From: Verrucomicrobiota bacterium
GTDB taxonomy: Bacteria > Verrucomicrobiota > Verrucomicrobiia > Limisphaerales > UBA9464
Direction of reading: 5' to 3'
DNA: 60,218 nt
Assembly: GCA_025363585.1 (NCBI GenBank)
Contig: JANYDN010000371.1
Coordinates: forward strand, 1 to 60,218
Both the position numbers and the translations under genes were made by a program. Shown piece by piece: positions 1 through 9,961 of the stretch. Positions within the stretch are counted from its first letter, which is position 1. The number at the start of each line of letters is the position of its first letter. Under the pieces are notes generated by a model. That model was not told where the DNA came from, made no database searches, and was given only the letters and a program-made list of their open reading frames with translations.

Positions 1-3000
1 CACGAACGCGATCGCCGGGCTCGCCACCGTCAGCGTGAACGCGTTGCCCTCGGTCTTCGTCGCGTGCGCCCCCGCCTCGAACGGCAGGTCCAGCACCGCC
101 AGCGCCAGCATCATCTCGGTGAAGTTGCGATGCGCCTCGGCGACGTGCGCCGACAGGAACGGCGCCTTGCCGTCCCACGCGGCGAAGTCGCGCCAGAACG
201 CGTTGATCGTCACCAACTCGGGTCCCTGCGCCTCGATCGGCAGCCGGTAATAGTTGTTCTCGGCCCACTCCTTCGTCGGACCCAACAGCCGGTAATACGC
301 GGAGACGGCCGCCAGCGTGCGGTTACCGGTCATCGCGGCGGCGTCGAAATCCACGCCGAGCGACAGCGAATCGAGTCGCGATTCCTTTGCGGCCGCGAGC
401 CCGTAGCGCGCCATCAGCCTGGCGCCCGACGGGGCGTTCGCCGCCGTCACCATCCGCACGGTCCGTCCGGCGGAACGCCCGCCTCCCCCGATCCCGCCGG
501 CGGCCTCGAAGAACGCCTGGCCGTTCGTCGCCAATGCCGTCGGTTTGTCCTCTTCGCCCAATCGGTCGGACAACTCCAGGCGCTGGCCGCGGAGCCGGTT
601 CGACGTCGACCCCGCCTTCGTCCCGGCGGGCGTCAGCGCCGCGGTTTCCAGCTCCCGTCCGCGCAGCGCGGTCTCGAACAGTCGGTCGTCCTCGTCGGAA
701 TTCGACGGCAACAACTCCCACAACTCGCGCAGGTGCCTCGCCGCGTTCGCCGCCTCGCCCGGCAACCGACGCGCCAACAACGCGCGTTCCACCAGGTTCA
801 ACCGCGCGTACGCCCACGGCTCGAGGTGTCGCTTCAGATCCGACTCCAAGAGATATTCGTCGAGGAACGTCTTGTCCTTCTTGTTCGCCAGATACGGACG
901 AATGACGGACGTGAAAAATGCCGGGTCTTTCCGGCTCAGGAAAAAGCTGAGCTCGTGGCACGCGAACTCGCTGTACTTCGCGCGTTTCTCCTCGTCCTTG
1001 AGCGACGGCCACCGCGTCACCCACTCGAACTTCGCGAGGTTCATGTCCTGGTTCAACGCCCGGAACAACGCGTGGACCGACGCGACCGTGTCGTAGGTTT
1101 CCAACTCGCCCGTCTGGAGGTCCGGCAACGCCACCGTGCCGCCCTTGTCCAGGACGACGATGTCCTTGGTCTCGGAGGACACTTGTGCCGGGTCGAGATT
1201 CCGCGCCAAACGCAGGTCGCGGAAACGCGTGGGACGCTCGCCCACCGCGAAGGTTTCCCACACGGCGTTGAACGGATCCTCGGCGTAGATTTGCACGTGC
1301 TGCCGGTCGCCCAGCGCCTCGGCGGGAACCTTCACGACGCCGTTCGTGTCGGGCACGAGGTTGAAGGTCACCGGCGCGGAGGTCGCGAGGAAATCGACGC
1401 TCGTCCCGGGCTGCGGCGGCGCGATGGAATTCATCGCCCTGGACATCGTGTCGGCCAACATCGCCATTGCGGGCGCCATCCCGGGCGTCGCCGCGGCATC
1501 CTGCTTCTCGCGCGTCGCGAACGTCCCCGCGTCGGTCGACCGCTTTTCCCAGGGATTCAGGATCAAGGGCGGCCGCACCAACATGTTGCCCGGGAATTTC
1601 GCCGCGTAGCGACGATCGAGGATGTACCGGTACTCGTCGCCGATCTCGCGCCCCGTCGAATAAAGGTTCGGCAGCCGGCCCGGGGTCGCCCACGCGGGAG
1701 CGAATCGCGTGAATCCACCGAGCCCGGCGAAGATCCCGCCCTCCGGCATGAAGCGGGTCGCGGCCACGTGCACCCGCGTGAACCGCGTCCAGTTGCGCAA
1801 TTGGATCGAGATGCCGTTGGTGGACACCGAGGCCGTTTCGATCTGCAACGGCGCGGGTTCCCGCACTTCCAACGACCGGTTCGTGGACACCATCCAGTTC
1901 CCGACCACCGCGCCGTCCGTGATGCGGATGGCGATCGTGTGGTCCGCGTCGTCGCGGAGCCGCAGCGAGTAGTCGCCGGGCGGAAGTCCCGTCAACTCGA
2001 CGAACGGTCCCGCTTGTTTCGCCATCGCGACGCGGTCCGCGACGAACTCGCCGCCGCGGGTCTCGAGCAACGAGACCGCGTCCACCCGGTTGTTCGCGAT
2101 CCACGGCACCTCGATCGCGTCGCCCGCATGCGCGTGCATCACCGTCGCCCACGTCCGCGTGGCGTCGTCCAGCATCCACGATCCGACGCGCCCGTTCGGG
2201 ATCCTCGCGCGCACCACGGAGATTCCCTCCAGCTTGCCCAACGTCACGCGCCCCTTCTCGTCCGTCCGCAGCGCGATGTTCTCCGGTCGCGCGTAGCCGT
2301 TGCGCTCGAGGTCGAACACCACCTGCTGGTCCGGGATGGGCTCCCCGTTCTTTCCCAACAACTCGAACACGTAGTCGTCCGCGAAACGGCTCAGGTGCCC
2401 GTCGTTGGTCGCGTCGGTCGTGTCGATCCCGTTCACGTCCCACCCGCGGCTGGCCGTCAATTCCTGCTTCTCCCCACCCTTGGCCAACTGCTCGATCTTC
2501 GCGCGCAGGGTCGCCGTCACGTGCGCCAACCGGTCCGGCACCGTGAACGTGTTCGTCCACACGCGTCCCGCCGTCAGCCCGGTGACCTTTGTTTCCGTCG
2601 TGGTCGTGATGCCGTCGAGCGTGGTGGTGGACAACGTCAACGTCGGTTCCAGCAACACCTCCGGCGCGACGGGCACGTCGCCCGCCAACACCGACACGCG
2701 AACCGCCAGCGTCGCGTCGCGTCGCGTCACCCATTGCTCGCGCTCGACGTGGAACTGCGCGTCCAGGCGGTACGCCTCCGCGTGGTGCTCGAACTCCGTC
2801 AGGCTCGCGAAAGTTCCGGCCGCGTTCGCCAGAACGATCGTGCGCCGTCCCGGTTGCGCGGTGAACGGCACGCGGATCTTCCCGTCCTTTGCGTCCGCCT
2901 CGAGTTTCCTTCCGTCGAGCCACGCCACCGCGTCCCGCGCGGGCTTGCTCGACTCGTCGAGGATCGTCAGTTCGTCGCCGGCCGCGCTTTGCTTCTGCAC

Positions 3001-4599
3001 GAGCGTGTAAGCGCCCTTCCGCACCAGCGAGCGCGACGAGCGCCCGCCGCCGATGAACTCGATCACCCACGCCCCGCGCTTTCCTTTCAACTCCGGGAAC
3101 TTGAACGTCCGCGCCGCCCGCTTGAACGGCGACGACTCGCCGTCGTGCGTCTGCTCCGAGTTCGCCACCAACCCGTCGAGGTTCAGGTCCGTGTTCAACT
3201 GCCGTCCCTGCGAACGGTAGAAGCCCAGCGTGTTGATCTCGTAGATCCGCACCAAAATCTTCGGCGCGTGCTTGAGCACCACGTCGACCGACACCTCCGC
3301 GTCCACCGGGAACGTCGCGGGATTCGTCGCCGGGAACTCGATGTCGACCCGTTCCTTGAGGGCCTGGTAGGCCGACGGCGACAGCAACGACGCCCATTTT
3401 TCCGGATCACCCACGCCCGCCGTGATCTTTGCCTCCGCGAACACCGGCTTTGCCCACGAGTCCCGCAGCCATTCCGTCCACGGTTCCCACGCCGCGTCGT
3501 CCACCGAGAAATGCAGCACGAATTCCCGCACGAGCGCCTCGTCGTTTCCGATCGGCGGCTGGCCGATGCGGGTGTCGTCGAACGCCGCGTTCAGGTCCAC
3601 CGCGTGGCGCGCCACGTCCGCCGACTCGAGGTACCGCGGGTTCATGTAACCGACGGGCCGCGGCAGCTTCAGGTATTCGACGAAGCGTTCCCGGTCATAC
3701 ACGCCGCGCGTCCGGTCGTGGGACAGGCGCGCGTAGAGCACGTGCGCCTTCAGCGAGTTGAAAGCGGACGACAACGTTTTGGCGTAGTCCCAGACGCGTC
3801 CCAGCCACGCCTCGCGTTCCACGGGATCGTTCGCGGCATCCGCGTCCGCCGACGGCGCGAGCTTGCGGATCCGCGCGAACACATAGGCCTGTTGGTTCGT
3901 CACCGCCGGGAACAACTGCCCCAACCGCACCAACTGCTCCGGCAGGAGCGCGCGGTGGATGGGGAACTCGCCGAAGCCGCGGCTCTCGGGCGTCTTCAGG
4001 TCCGCCGCCACCAACTCCACGAGTTCGGGAACGTCGGGACGGACCAGCCTCGAAAGCACCGTGCGGCGTTGGGCGGGACGCAACGCCGCCTTCTCCCGCA
4101 CCAATTCCTCCATCCCCGTTTCCGACAAGCCGTCCAACCCGTCTTGTCCCATCACCCCCGCGAGGTACACGCCGCGCGCGATCCGGGCCTGATCCAACGT
4201 CGTCGGCAGGTCCGGCTTGCGGTCGTGCAGTTCCTGGACGTGGTCAAGGCGCGGGCCGAGATGCTCGCGCAGGTATTTCAACGTGCGCTGCGGATCCGCG
4301 TCGTAGGCGAGCAACGCCTCGCGGTTCTCGATGACCCGTCGCTGCTCGGAATTCGGGAAACGCTTGCCCCAGGCCTCCAGCGTCGAGGCCAGCTTCTCCT
4401 TCTGGCCGGTGGACTGGTAGTGGAGCGAATGGAAGAAGTAATACTCCTCGGTTCCCGGCACCAACTGCGCGAGCACCGCCTCGCGGTCCGGCGCCAGCGC
4501 GAACTTCTCCACGAAGCCCACCTCGCCCTCGCCACGCAGCGGCGATGCAACCAATACGACTCCGGTCATCAGGGCAAAAAGGACTTTGGGCGTGTTCAT
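1..4599 (-). CDS. Very large secreted hypothetical protein (>1533 aa, runs off the left edge; absent from the ORF track)
   Basis: ATG at 4599 gives MNTPKVLFALMTGVVLVASPLRG (signal-peptide-like), then EVGFVEKFALAPDREAVLAQLVPGTEEYYFFHSLHYQ. The frame is open where spot-checked and at base 1 (..EGNAFTLTVASPAIAFV). The + strand ORF 64..7545 is its codon-aligned shadow. Confidence 0.85.
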   Translation of the reverse strand, partial: MNTPKVLFALMTGVVLVASPLRGEGEVGFVEKFALAPDREAVLAQLVPGTEEYYFFHSLHYQSTGQKEKLASTLEAWGKRFPNSEQRRVIENREALLAYDADPQRTLKYLREHLGPRLDHVQELHDRKPDLPTTLDQARIARGVYLAGVMGQDGLDGLSETGMEELVREKAALRPAQRRTVLSRLVRPDVPELVELVAADLKTPESRGFGEFPIHRALLPEQLVRLGQLFPAVTNQQAYVFARIRKLAPSADADAANDPVEREAWLGRVWDYAKTLSSAFNSLKAHVLYARLSHDRTRGVYDRERFVEYLKLPRPVGYMNPRYLESADVARHAVDLNAAFDDTRIGQPPIGNDEALVREFVLHFSVDDAAWEPWTEWLRDSWAKPVFAEAKITAGVGDPEKWASLLSPSAYQALKERVDIEFPATNPATFPVDAEVSVDVVLKHAPKILVRIYEINTLGFYRSQGRQLNTDLNLDGLVANSEQTHDGESSPFKRAARTFKFPELKGKRGAWVIEFIGGGRSSRSLVRKGAYTLVQKQSAAGDELTILDESSKPARDAVAWLDGRKLEADAKDGKIRVPFTAQPGRRTIVLANAAGTFASLTEFEHHAEAYRLDAQFHVEREQWVTRRDATLAVRVSVLAGDVPVAPEVLLEPTLTLSTTTLDGITTTTETKVTGLTAGRVWTNTFTVPDRLAHVTATLRAKIEQLAKGGEKQELTASRGWDVNGIDTTDATNDGHLSRFADDYVFELLGKNGEPIPDQQVVFDLERNGYARPENIALRTDEKGRVTLGKLEGISVVRARIPNGRVGSWMLDDATRTWATVMHAHAGDAIEVPWIANNRVDAVSLLETRGGEFVADRVAMAKQAGPFVELTGLPPGDYSLRLRDDADHTIAIRITDGAVVGNWMVSTNRSLEVREPAPLQIETASVSTNGISIQLRNWTRFTRVHVAATRFMPEGGIFAGLGGFTRFAPAWATPGRLPNLYSTGREIGDEYRYILDRRYAAKFPGNMLVRPPLILNPWEKRSTDAGTFATREKQDAAATPGMAPAMAMLADTMSRAMNSIAPPQPGTSVDFLATSAPVTFNLVPDTNGVVKVPAEALGDRQHVQIYAEDPFNAVWETFAVGERPTRFRDLRLARNLDPAQVSSETKDIVVLDKGGTVALPDLQTGELETYDTVASVHALFRALNQDMNLAKFEWVTRWPSLKDEEKRAKYSEFACHELSFFLSRKDPAFFTSVIRPYLANKKDKTFLDEYLLESDLKRHLEPWAYARLNLVERALLARRLPGEAANAARHLRELWELLPSNSDEDDRLFETALRGRELETAALTPAGTKAGSTSNRLRGQRLELSDRLGEEDKPTALATNGQAFFEAAGGIGGGGRSAGRTVRMVTAANAPSGARLMARYGLAAAKESRLDSLSLGVDFDAAAMTGNRTLAAVSAYYRLLGPTKEWAENNYYRLPIEAQGPELVTINAFWRDFAAWDGKAPFLSAHVAEAHRNFTEMMLALAVLDLPFEAGAHATKTEGNAFTLTVASPAIAFV

Positions 4600-4728
4600 G
4601 GCGATGCGGGGAGTTCGATCTCCCATTGGAACGACGCACCCGATCAAGCATCGTTAGGGGAAATCATTCCAGCCGCGATCCACGCCTTCTTCGGTCCCGG
4701 AACGGGCGCGAACCATGCGGTGAACCGT

Positions 4729-4823
4729 GTGACGGCGACCCTGCCGTCACCGGAGACAAGGCAGGATCGCGGCACACCCCGCGCGGGCTCGCCATGGAAG
4801 TGGCACCCGAGCCGGTGCCACCC
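4729..4823. repeat. REP-like doublet, family A (copy 1, reverse orientation)
   Basis: Palindromes GTGACGGCgaccctGCCGTCAC and GTGGCACCcgagccGGTGCCAC; the same pair recurs at 7483, 19124 and 26692. Confidence 0.8.
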
Positions 4824-4848
4824 GCGGTTTCCACCGCATGATTCCGTG

Positions 4849-7419
4849 TCAGTCGTCGTCGTCCCCGACCACCACGAAGGCCGCGCGGCGCGGAGCGGGC
4901 ATCGCGCTCGACGGACCCTTCACCGAACGCCAGATGACCTCGTTCAACACCAGGTCGTCCGCCGCGTCTTCCTTCGTGAAATCCATCGCCGCCGATGCGT
5001 CGGCACCCCACGCCGCCGCGAGGTTCTTCTCGCCGAGATCCGACGTCACCGGCCGGCAATGGTACGGCGAACGGTCGGCCGAGGCCTGGAAGGAGTGGAA
5101 CATCGGCACCGCTGCGGCATCGAACTGGGACATCGGCTTGAGGCCGAGCACCAACTCCATCGTGCGGAGCATGCTGCAGGTCGAATACATGGTGGAGTCG
5201 CGAAAACGGCGCTTGGTGTACGGACTGATCACGAAGGCGATGCTGCGGTGCGCGTCCACGTGGTCGGGCCCGTTCTGCGCGTCGTCCTCGAGCACGAAGA
5301 TCGCCGTGTCCTTCCAGAATTTCGACCGGGTCACGCCCTCGACCAACCGGCCGAACGCGAGGTCGTTGTCCGCGAGCATCGCCCGCGGCGTCGGCTTGCC
5401 CACCGCGGTGCCGTAGGTGTGGTCGTTCGGCAACCGCACGATCTGCAACCGGGGCATCTCGCCCTCGCGCTCGAACCGATGGAGTTCCTCGAGGAACCGG
5501 TCCGCGCGTTTCGTGTCCGGGAACATGAGGTCGTACGGATGAAAGCCGGGATCGAAATGTCCCTCGAGCGACGCCACCCGCGCGCGCGCCGCGCCGTTGG
5601 TGCCCGTCGTGCCGATCCATTCGCCGTAGCTCCGGTAGGTCACGCCGGCCGCGCTGGCACGATCCCAGAGGTAACCGTTCGCCGGGCGCGCGACGGGCAG
5701 CGTTCCCTCGGCCGGGTAAGGGAACTTTCCCTTCGCGTTGTGCCCGTAGCTCAGCGGCCAGTTCTTCTCCACGAAATCCGTCGCGTACGCGCCCATGCTC
5801 CATTCGTGGCCGTCGGCACTGACCTCGCTGTCGACGTAGAAGTTGTCGAGCAACACGAACTCGCGCGCGATCGCGTGGTGGTTCGGCGTGACCGACTCCG
5901 GGAACAGGCACAACGCGGCGTCGCCGTTGCCCTCGGTCATGTCGCCCAGCACCTGGTCGTAGGTCCGGTTCTCCTTGATGATGTAGATGACGTGGCGGAT
6001 CGGGGACGCGCCGCCCACGCGCGAGGGGATCGGGTTGCCGCGCGGACGCGACGACGTCGCCACCTCGGGACGCGGCGCCGCCGGCGAGCATTTGCGGACC
6101 TTGTCCGTTTGCTCGGCGAAATATTCGGGCGCCTTTTCTTTCGACGGCAATTTCACGATCCCGAGCGTGCCCTGGAAAAGTCCCCCGATGTATTCGCGAA
6201 GGCCGCCAGGCAACTCGCGTCCCGGCTGCGGGCCGTGGCGGTTGGCTTTCGAGGTCACGCCCTTGCCGTTCGCCACCAAAAGGTATTGGCCGTCGGGCGT
6301 GACGCGCACCGACGTCGGGTACCATCCGACCGGGATCAACCCGAGCGAACGGCTCTTGCCGGGTTTGCCGAGCTCGAAAGCGGCGATCGCGTTGTTGCCC
6401 GCGTTCGCGACGAAGAGCCACTGCTCGTCCGGCGACAACGCCAGGGAATTGGGCGTCGAACCCGGCGGGTCGTCCGCGTTCAGCGCCGCGGACAGCGTCT
6501 CGATCGGATGCCCCGATGCCGTGTCGAAGACGCTCACGGTATTGCGGTTCGCGTTCGCCACGAACAACAGCGAGCCGGCGCGGTTGAGGATCAGTTCGTT
6601 CGGATGTTCCTCCGTGGCCCATCGCCCCAACTCGCGCCCCGTCGCGGCATCGAGGACGACCACTTGGGCGCGGGCCCACAACGACACGAAGAGGCGGTTC
6701 GACGCGGGTTCGAGCACGCACCCGTAGGGGTACGGCGCGTCGGGCGATTGCGGGTCCTTCTGCGCCGCCGCGCGCTTCTCCGCCGCGGCGGTGTCGAAAT
6801 CGCGCGAGACTTGGGTTGCATCGAGGTTCGCCGAGCCCAGGACGCCGACGGCCGTCGCCCAGAGCGGATGTCCATCGACGCCGTCGAGCGCGACCACGCG
6901 GCCGCCGTACAATTCCGTGGCGAAGACCCGGTCGCCGGACGGCGACGACGCGACGCCGGAGACGATTCCGCGCTCCTTGACCGGACGGACGGGCCATTCG
7001 GATACGGGCGAAAGCACTCCGTCGCGAAACCCGAGGATCCGCACCACCTCGTCGCCGGCGCCGGACACGAGGAGGCGGCTTCCGTCGGTGGAAAACACCA
7101 CGCCGTAGAACGCCTCGTCGAGCGACGCGCGAGAGACGAGTTTGCCGTCGGGGAGCGAGACCACGACGACCTCGTGTTGTCCGAAGCCCGCGTGGAGGAT
7201 CGCGGCGTGCCTGCCGGACGGATGGACCGCGATGTTCACGGGAAAATCCCCGAGCCCGATTTGTTTGCCGGCGGGTCGCAGCGACCATTGGTTCGGCAAC
7301 AAGACGGAGCCGTCGGCACGGACGCCGGGCAAGTTGGGCGCGACGCGATCGGGGGCCGGTTTGGCGAGGGCGGGCAAGGACGCGGCGAGGCACAACGCCA
7401 TGACGCGGGGGAGATTCAT
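4849..7419 (-). CDS. YVTN/YncE beta-propeller fused to a phosphoesterase (alkaline phosphatase superfamily) domain
   Basis: Signal peptide MNLPRVMALCLAASLPALA; YVTN-like repeats (LFVANANRNTVSVFD, IPVGWYPTSV); HVIYIIKENRTYDQVLGD and EDDAQNGPDHVDAHRS motifs. Confidence 0.88.
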   Translation of the reverse strand: MNLPRVMALCLAASLPALAKPAPDRVAPNLPGVRADGSVLLPNQWSLRPAGKQIGLGDFPVNIAVHPSGRHAAILHAGFGQHEVVVVSLPDGKLVSRASLDEAFYGVVFSTDGSRLLVSGAGDEVVRILGFRDGVLSPVSEWPVRPVKERGIVSGVASSPSGDRVFATELYGGRVVALDGVDGHPLWATAVGVLGSANLDATQVSRDFDTAAAEKRAAAQKDPQSPDAPYPYGCVLEPASNRLFVSLWARAQVVVLDAATGRELGRWATEEHPNELILNRAGSLLFVANANRNTVSVFDTASGHPIETLSAALNADDPPGSTPNSLALSPDEQWLFVANAGNNAIAAFELGKPGKSRSLGLIPVGWYPTSVRVTPDGQYLLVANGKGVTSKANRHGPQPGRELPGGLREYIGGLFQGTLGIVKLPSKEKAPEYFAEQTDKVRKCSPAAPRPEVATSSRPRGNPIPSRVGGASPIRHVIYIIKENRTYDQVLGDMTEGNGDAALCLFPESVTPNHHAIAREFVLLDNFYVDSEVSADGHEWSMGAYATDFVEKNWPLSYGHNAKGKFPYPAEGTLPVARPANGYLWDRASAAGVTYRSYGEWIGTTGTNGAARARVASLEGHFDPGFHPYDLMFPDTKRADRFLEELHRFEREGEMPRLQIVRLPNDHTYGTAVGKPTPRAMLADNDLAFGRLVEGVTRSKFWKDTAIFVLEDDAQNGPDHVDAHRSIAFVISPYTKRRFRDSTMYSTCSMLRTMELVLGLKPMSQFDAAAVPMFHSFQASADRSPYHCRPVTSDLGEKNLAAAWGADASAAMDFTKEDAADDLVLNEVIWRSVKGPSSAMPAPRRAAFVVVGDDDD

Positions 7420-7482
7420 GGACGGAGCGTACCGATCCACCCGGCTCCCGCCAGCCGGCAAGCGTGGCGCGCCTTCGCCAAC

Positions 7483-7574
7483 GTGGGTGGCACCGGCTCG
7501 GGTGCCACCTTCACTCCAAGGCGAGGGGGACCAAGTCTCCCGTGACGGCAGGGCCGCCGTCACCCACCCATGCT
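7483..7574. repeat. REP-like doublet, family A (copy 2)
   Basis: GGTGGCACCggctcgGGTGCCACC ... GTGACGGCagggccGCCGTCACccacccatgct. Confidence 0.8.
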
Positions 7575-7580
7575 TGGGCG

Positions 7581-7925
7581 CTACAAGCCCGGCACCGCCA
7601 CGTGTCCGCTCAGCGCGACCTTGATCGACTCGATCAATTCCGGATGGCCATAAGGATGTTCGTCCGTGATGCGCAGGCAGACGACGCGTTTGCCCGAAAG
7701 CTCTTCCGGAAACCTCGCGCGCAGTTTGTCGACGTGCGCGCGTTCCATGCAGAAAATCCAGTCGGCCCAACCGATGAGCCCGGCCGTGACCCGGATTCGC
7801 GCCCCCGCTTCGGTGCCGGCCGACCGCGCCTCATGGCCGGGAAAACCGCGGTAGAGATCCTCCGCGGTGGGACTTCGCCAGCGATTCAGGCTGCAGACGA
7901 ACAACAGTTTCACGGCCCCTGCCAT
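7581..7925 (-). CDS. Low-molecular-weight protein tyrosine phosphatase-like protein
   Basis: KLLFVCSLNRWRSPTAE (C-x5-R P-loop), SAGT and WADWIFCME motifs. Confidence 0.85.
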   Translation of the reverse strand: MAGAVKLLFVCSLNRWRSPTAEDLYRGFPGHEARSAGTEAGARIRVTAGLIGWADWIFCMERAHVDKLRARFPEELSGKRVVCLRITDEHPYGHPELIESIKVALSGHVAVPGL

Positions 7926-7958
7926 GGCATTCCCTTCACCCTTCGACCGCGAACCCAC

Positions 7959-7987
7959 TTCAAACTTGAATCTTGAATCTTGAAACT
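7959..7987 (-). repeat. 7-nt tandem tract (4 units) just after the kup stop
   Basis: Minus strand AGTTTCAAGATTCAAGATTCAAGTTTGAA. Confidence 0.75.
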
Positions 7988-7994
7988 CGGGATC

Positions 7995-9893
7995 TCAGAT
8001 CTCGACCTGCATTCCCAATTCGACGACGCGGTTCGCGGGCAACCGGAAGAACGCCGTGGCGCTCGTGGCGTTGCGGGCCATGATCGCGAACAATCGCTCG
8101 CGCCACAGCGCCATTCCCGCGCGACGCGACGGGATGATCGTCTCCCGGCTCAGGAAGAAGGTCGTTTCGGATTCCCTGAATTCCAGCCCGTGCGCGGCCG
8201 CCAGCTCGAGCAATCGCGGCACGCTGGGATCCTCGAAGAACCCGAAGCGCGCGCGCACCCTCCAGAACCCGTGGTCGAGATCCTCCACCTCGACGCGCTC
8301 CGTGTCCGGGACGCGCGGGTCCTCGGCGACCTGGAGCGTGAGGAACACGACGCGCCGGTGCAGCACCTTGTTGTGTTTGAGATTGTGCAGCAGCGCCAGC
8401 GGCGTGCCATCCGACGACCCGGCCATGTAGACGGCGGTCCCGTCGACGCGGGCCGGTTGGCGGCGCTGGACGCTTTCTATGAATTGCGCCACCGGCAACG
8501 ACGCGCTCCGCATGCGTTGCCAAAGCAGGAAGCGGCCGCGTTTCCACGTGGCCATGAGCGTGAACAGGATGGCCCCGACCACGAGCGGGAACCACCCGCC
8601 ATTCGCGACCTTCAACGCGTTGGCGCCGAAGAACGCCATCTCGATGATGAACGCGGGGACGCAGACCAGCAGCACCTGCCAGGTCTTCCAGCCCCACAGG
8701 CGCTTGGCCGCGTGGTGGAACAGCAGAGTCGTCACCGCCATCGTCAGCGTCACCGCGATGCCGTAAGCGGCGGCGAGGTTCGAGGACGTCTTGAAGCCGA
8801 CGACCAATCCGAGGCACGCCGCCATCAGCGCCCAGTTCACGTGCGGCATGTAGATCTGCCCGCGCTCGCTCTCGCTGGTGTGCTCGATCGACAGCCTTGG
8901 GATGTAGCCGAGCTGGATGCCCTGCATGGTCAACGAGAAGGCACCGCTGATCAGCGCCTGCGACGCGATCACGGCGGCGGCGGTCGCAAGGATCACCAGC
9001 GGAACGAGCGCCCAGGTCGGCGCGAGGTTGAAGAACGGGTTCTCGTTCTTGGTCGGGGAATCGATCAACAACGCGCCTTGGCCGAGGTAATTAAGGATCA
9101 ATGCCGGCAGCACCATCGCGAACCACGCGATGCGGATCGGCCTGCGCCCGAAATGTCCCATGTCCGCGTAGAGCGCCTCGCCGCCGGTCACCACCAGGAA
9201 CACCGAGCCGAGGATCTTGAATCCGACGAATCCGCCCGTGGCCAGGAAATGCAGCCCGTGCCACGGATTGATGGCCTGCAACACCGAGGGCTCGACGATG
9301 ATCCCGCGGATGCCCAGCACGGAGATCTCGGCGAACCATGCCACCATGATCGGGCCGAACACTTTCCCCACCGCGCCCGTGCCGGCGCGCTGCGCGATGA
9401 ACAATGCCGAGATCACCCCCAGCGTGATCGGGACGACGTAGTCGTGCAGTTTGGGCGTGACGACGTCGAGTCCCTCGACCGCGCCGAGGACCGACACCGC
9501 GGGCGTGATCATGCCGTCGCCGTACAGCAGCGCGGCGCCGAACAAACCCAGGGCGAGCATGGTGCGCTTGCCCCGCGAATGGGACGAGGGATCGCCCTTG
9601 TCGGGAAACGCGAGCGACAACAGCGCGAGGATGCCGCCCTCGCCCTTGTTGTCGGCGCGCAGCACGAAGCTGATGTACTTCACGCCGACGATCAGGATCA
9701 GCGACCAAATGAAGAGCGAGAGGATCCCGAGGACGTTCGGGGGCGTGACCTCCAGCGCGTGCGGCCCGTAAAAACACTCGCGCAACGCGTACAGGGGACT
9801 GGTGCCGATGTCCCCATACACGACGCCGAGGGCGGCGAGGGTGAGGCCCGCGAGACGGGAACGGCACGGTGGATTGGACTTATATGTACTCAT
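7995..9893 (-). CDS. kup: Potassium transporter Kup (KUP/HAK/KT)
   Basis: LGVVYGDIGTSPLYA, ADNKGEGGILAL, GGEALYADMGHFG and HNLKHNKVLH motifs. An in-frame TTG at 9902 is an alternative start. Confidence 0.96.
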   Translation of the reverse strand: MSTYKSNPPCRSRLAGLTLAALGVVYGDIGTSPLYALRECFYGPHALEVTPPNVLGILSLFIWSLILIVGVKYISFVLRADNKGEGGILALLSLAFPDKGDPSSHSRGKRTMLALGLFGAALLYGDGMITPAVSVLGAVEGLDVVTPKLHDYVVPITLGVISALFIAQRAGTGAVGKVFGPIMVAWFAEISVLGIRGIIVEPSVLQAINPWHGLHFLATGGFVGFKILGSVFLVVTGGEALYADMGHFGRRPIRIAWFAMVLPALILNYLGQGALLIDSPTKNENPFFNLAPTWALVPLVILATAAAVIASQALISGAFSLTMQGIQLGYIPRLSIEHTSESERGQIYMPHVNWALMAACLGLVVGFKTSSNLAAAYGIAVTLTMAVTTLLFHHAAKRLWGWKTWQVLLVCVPAFIIEMAFFGANALKVANGGWFPLVVGAILFTLMATWKRGRFLLWQRMRSASLPVAQFIESVQRRQPARVDGTAVYMAGSSDGTPLALLHNLKHNKVLHRRVVFLTLQVAEDPRVPDTERVEVEDLDHGFWRVRARFGFFEDPSVPRLLELAAAHGLEFRESETTFFLSRETIIPSRRAGMALWRERLFAIMARNATSATAFFRLPANRVVELGMQVEI

Positions 9894-9961
9894 TTCGCGC
9901 AAACCGACCTTGCCTCCGACAAAGGGCAACGTCGGTCCGCGCCACCGCGGGACCTCCACCA

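Noticed and set aside
64-7545. 2493-aa + strand ORF (and 323..3397 on the minus strand)
   Set aside because: Arg-rich shadow frames of two real minus-strand genes; stops are scarce in high-GC antisense frames; no motifs.
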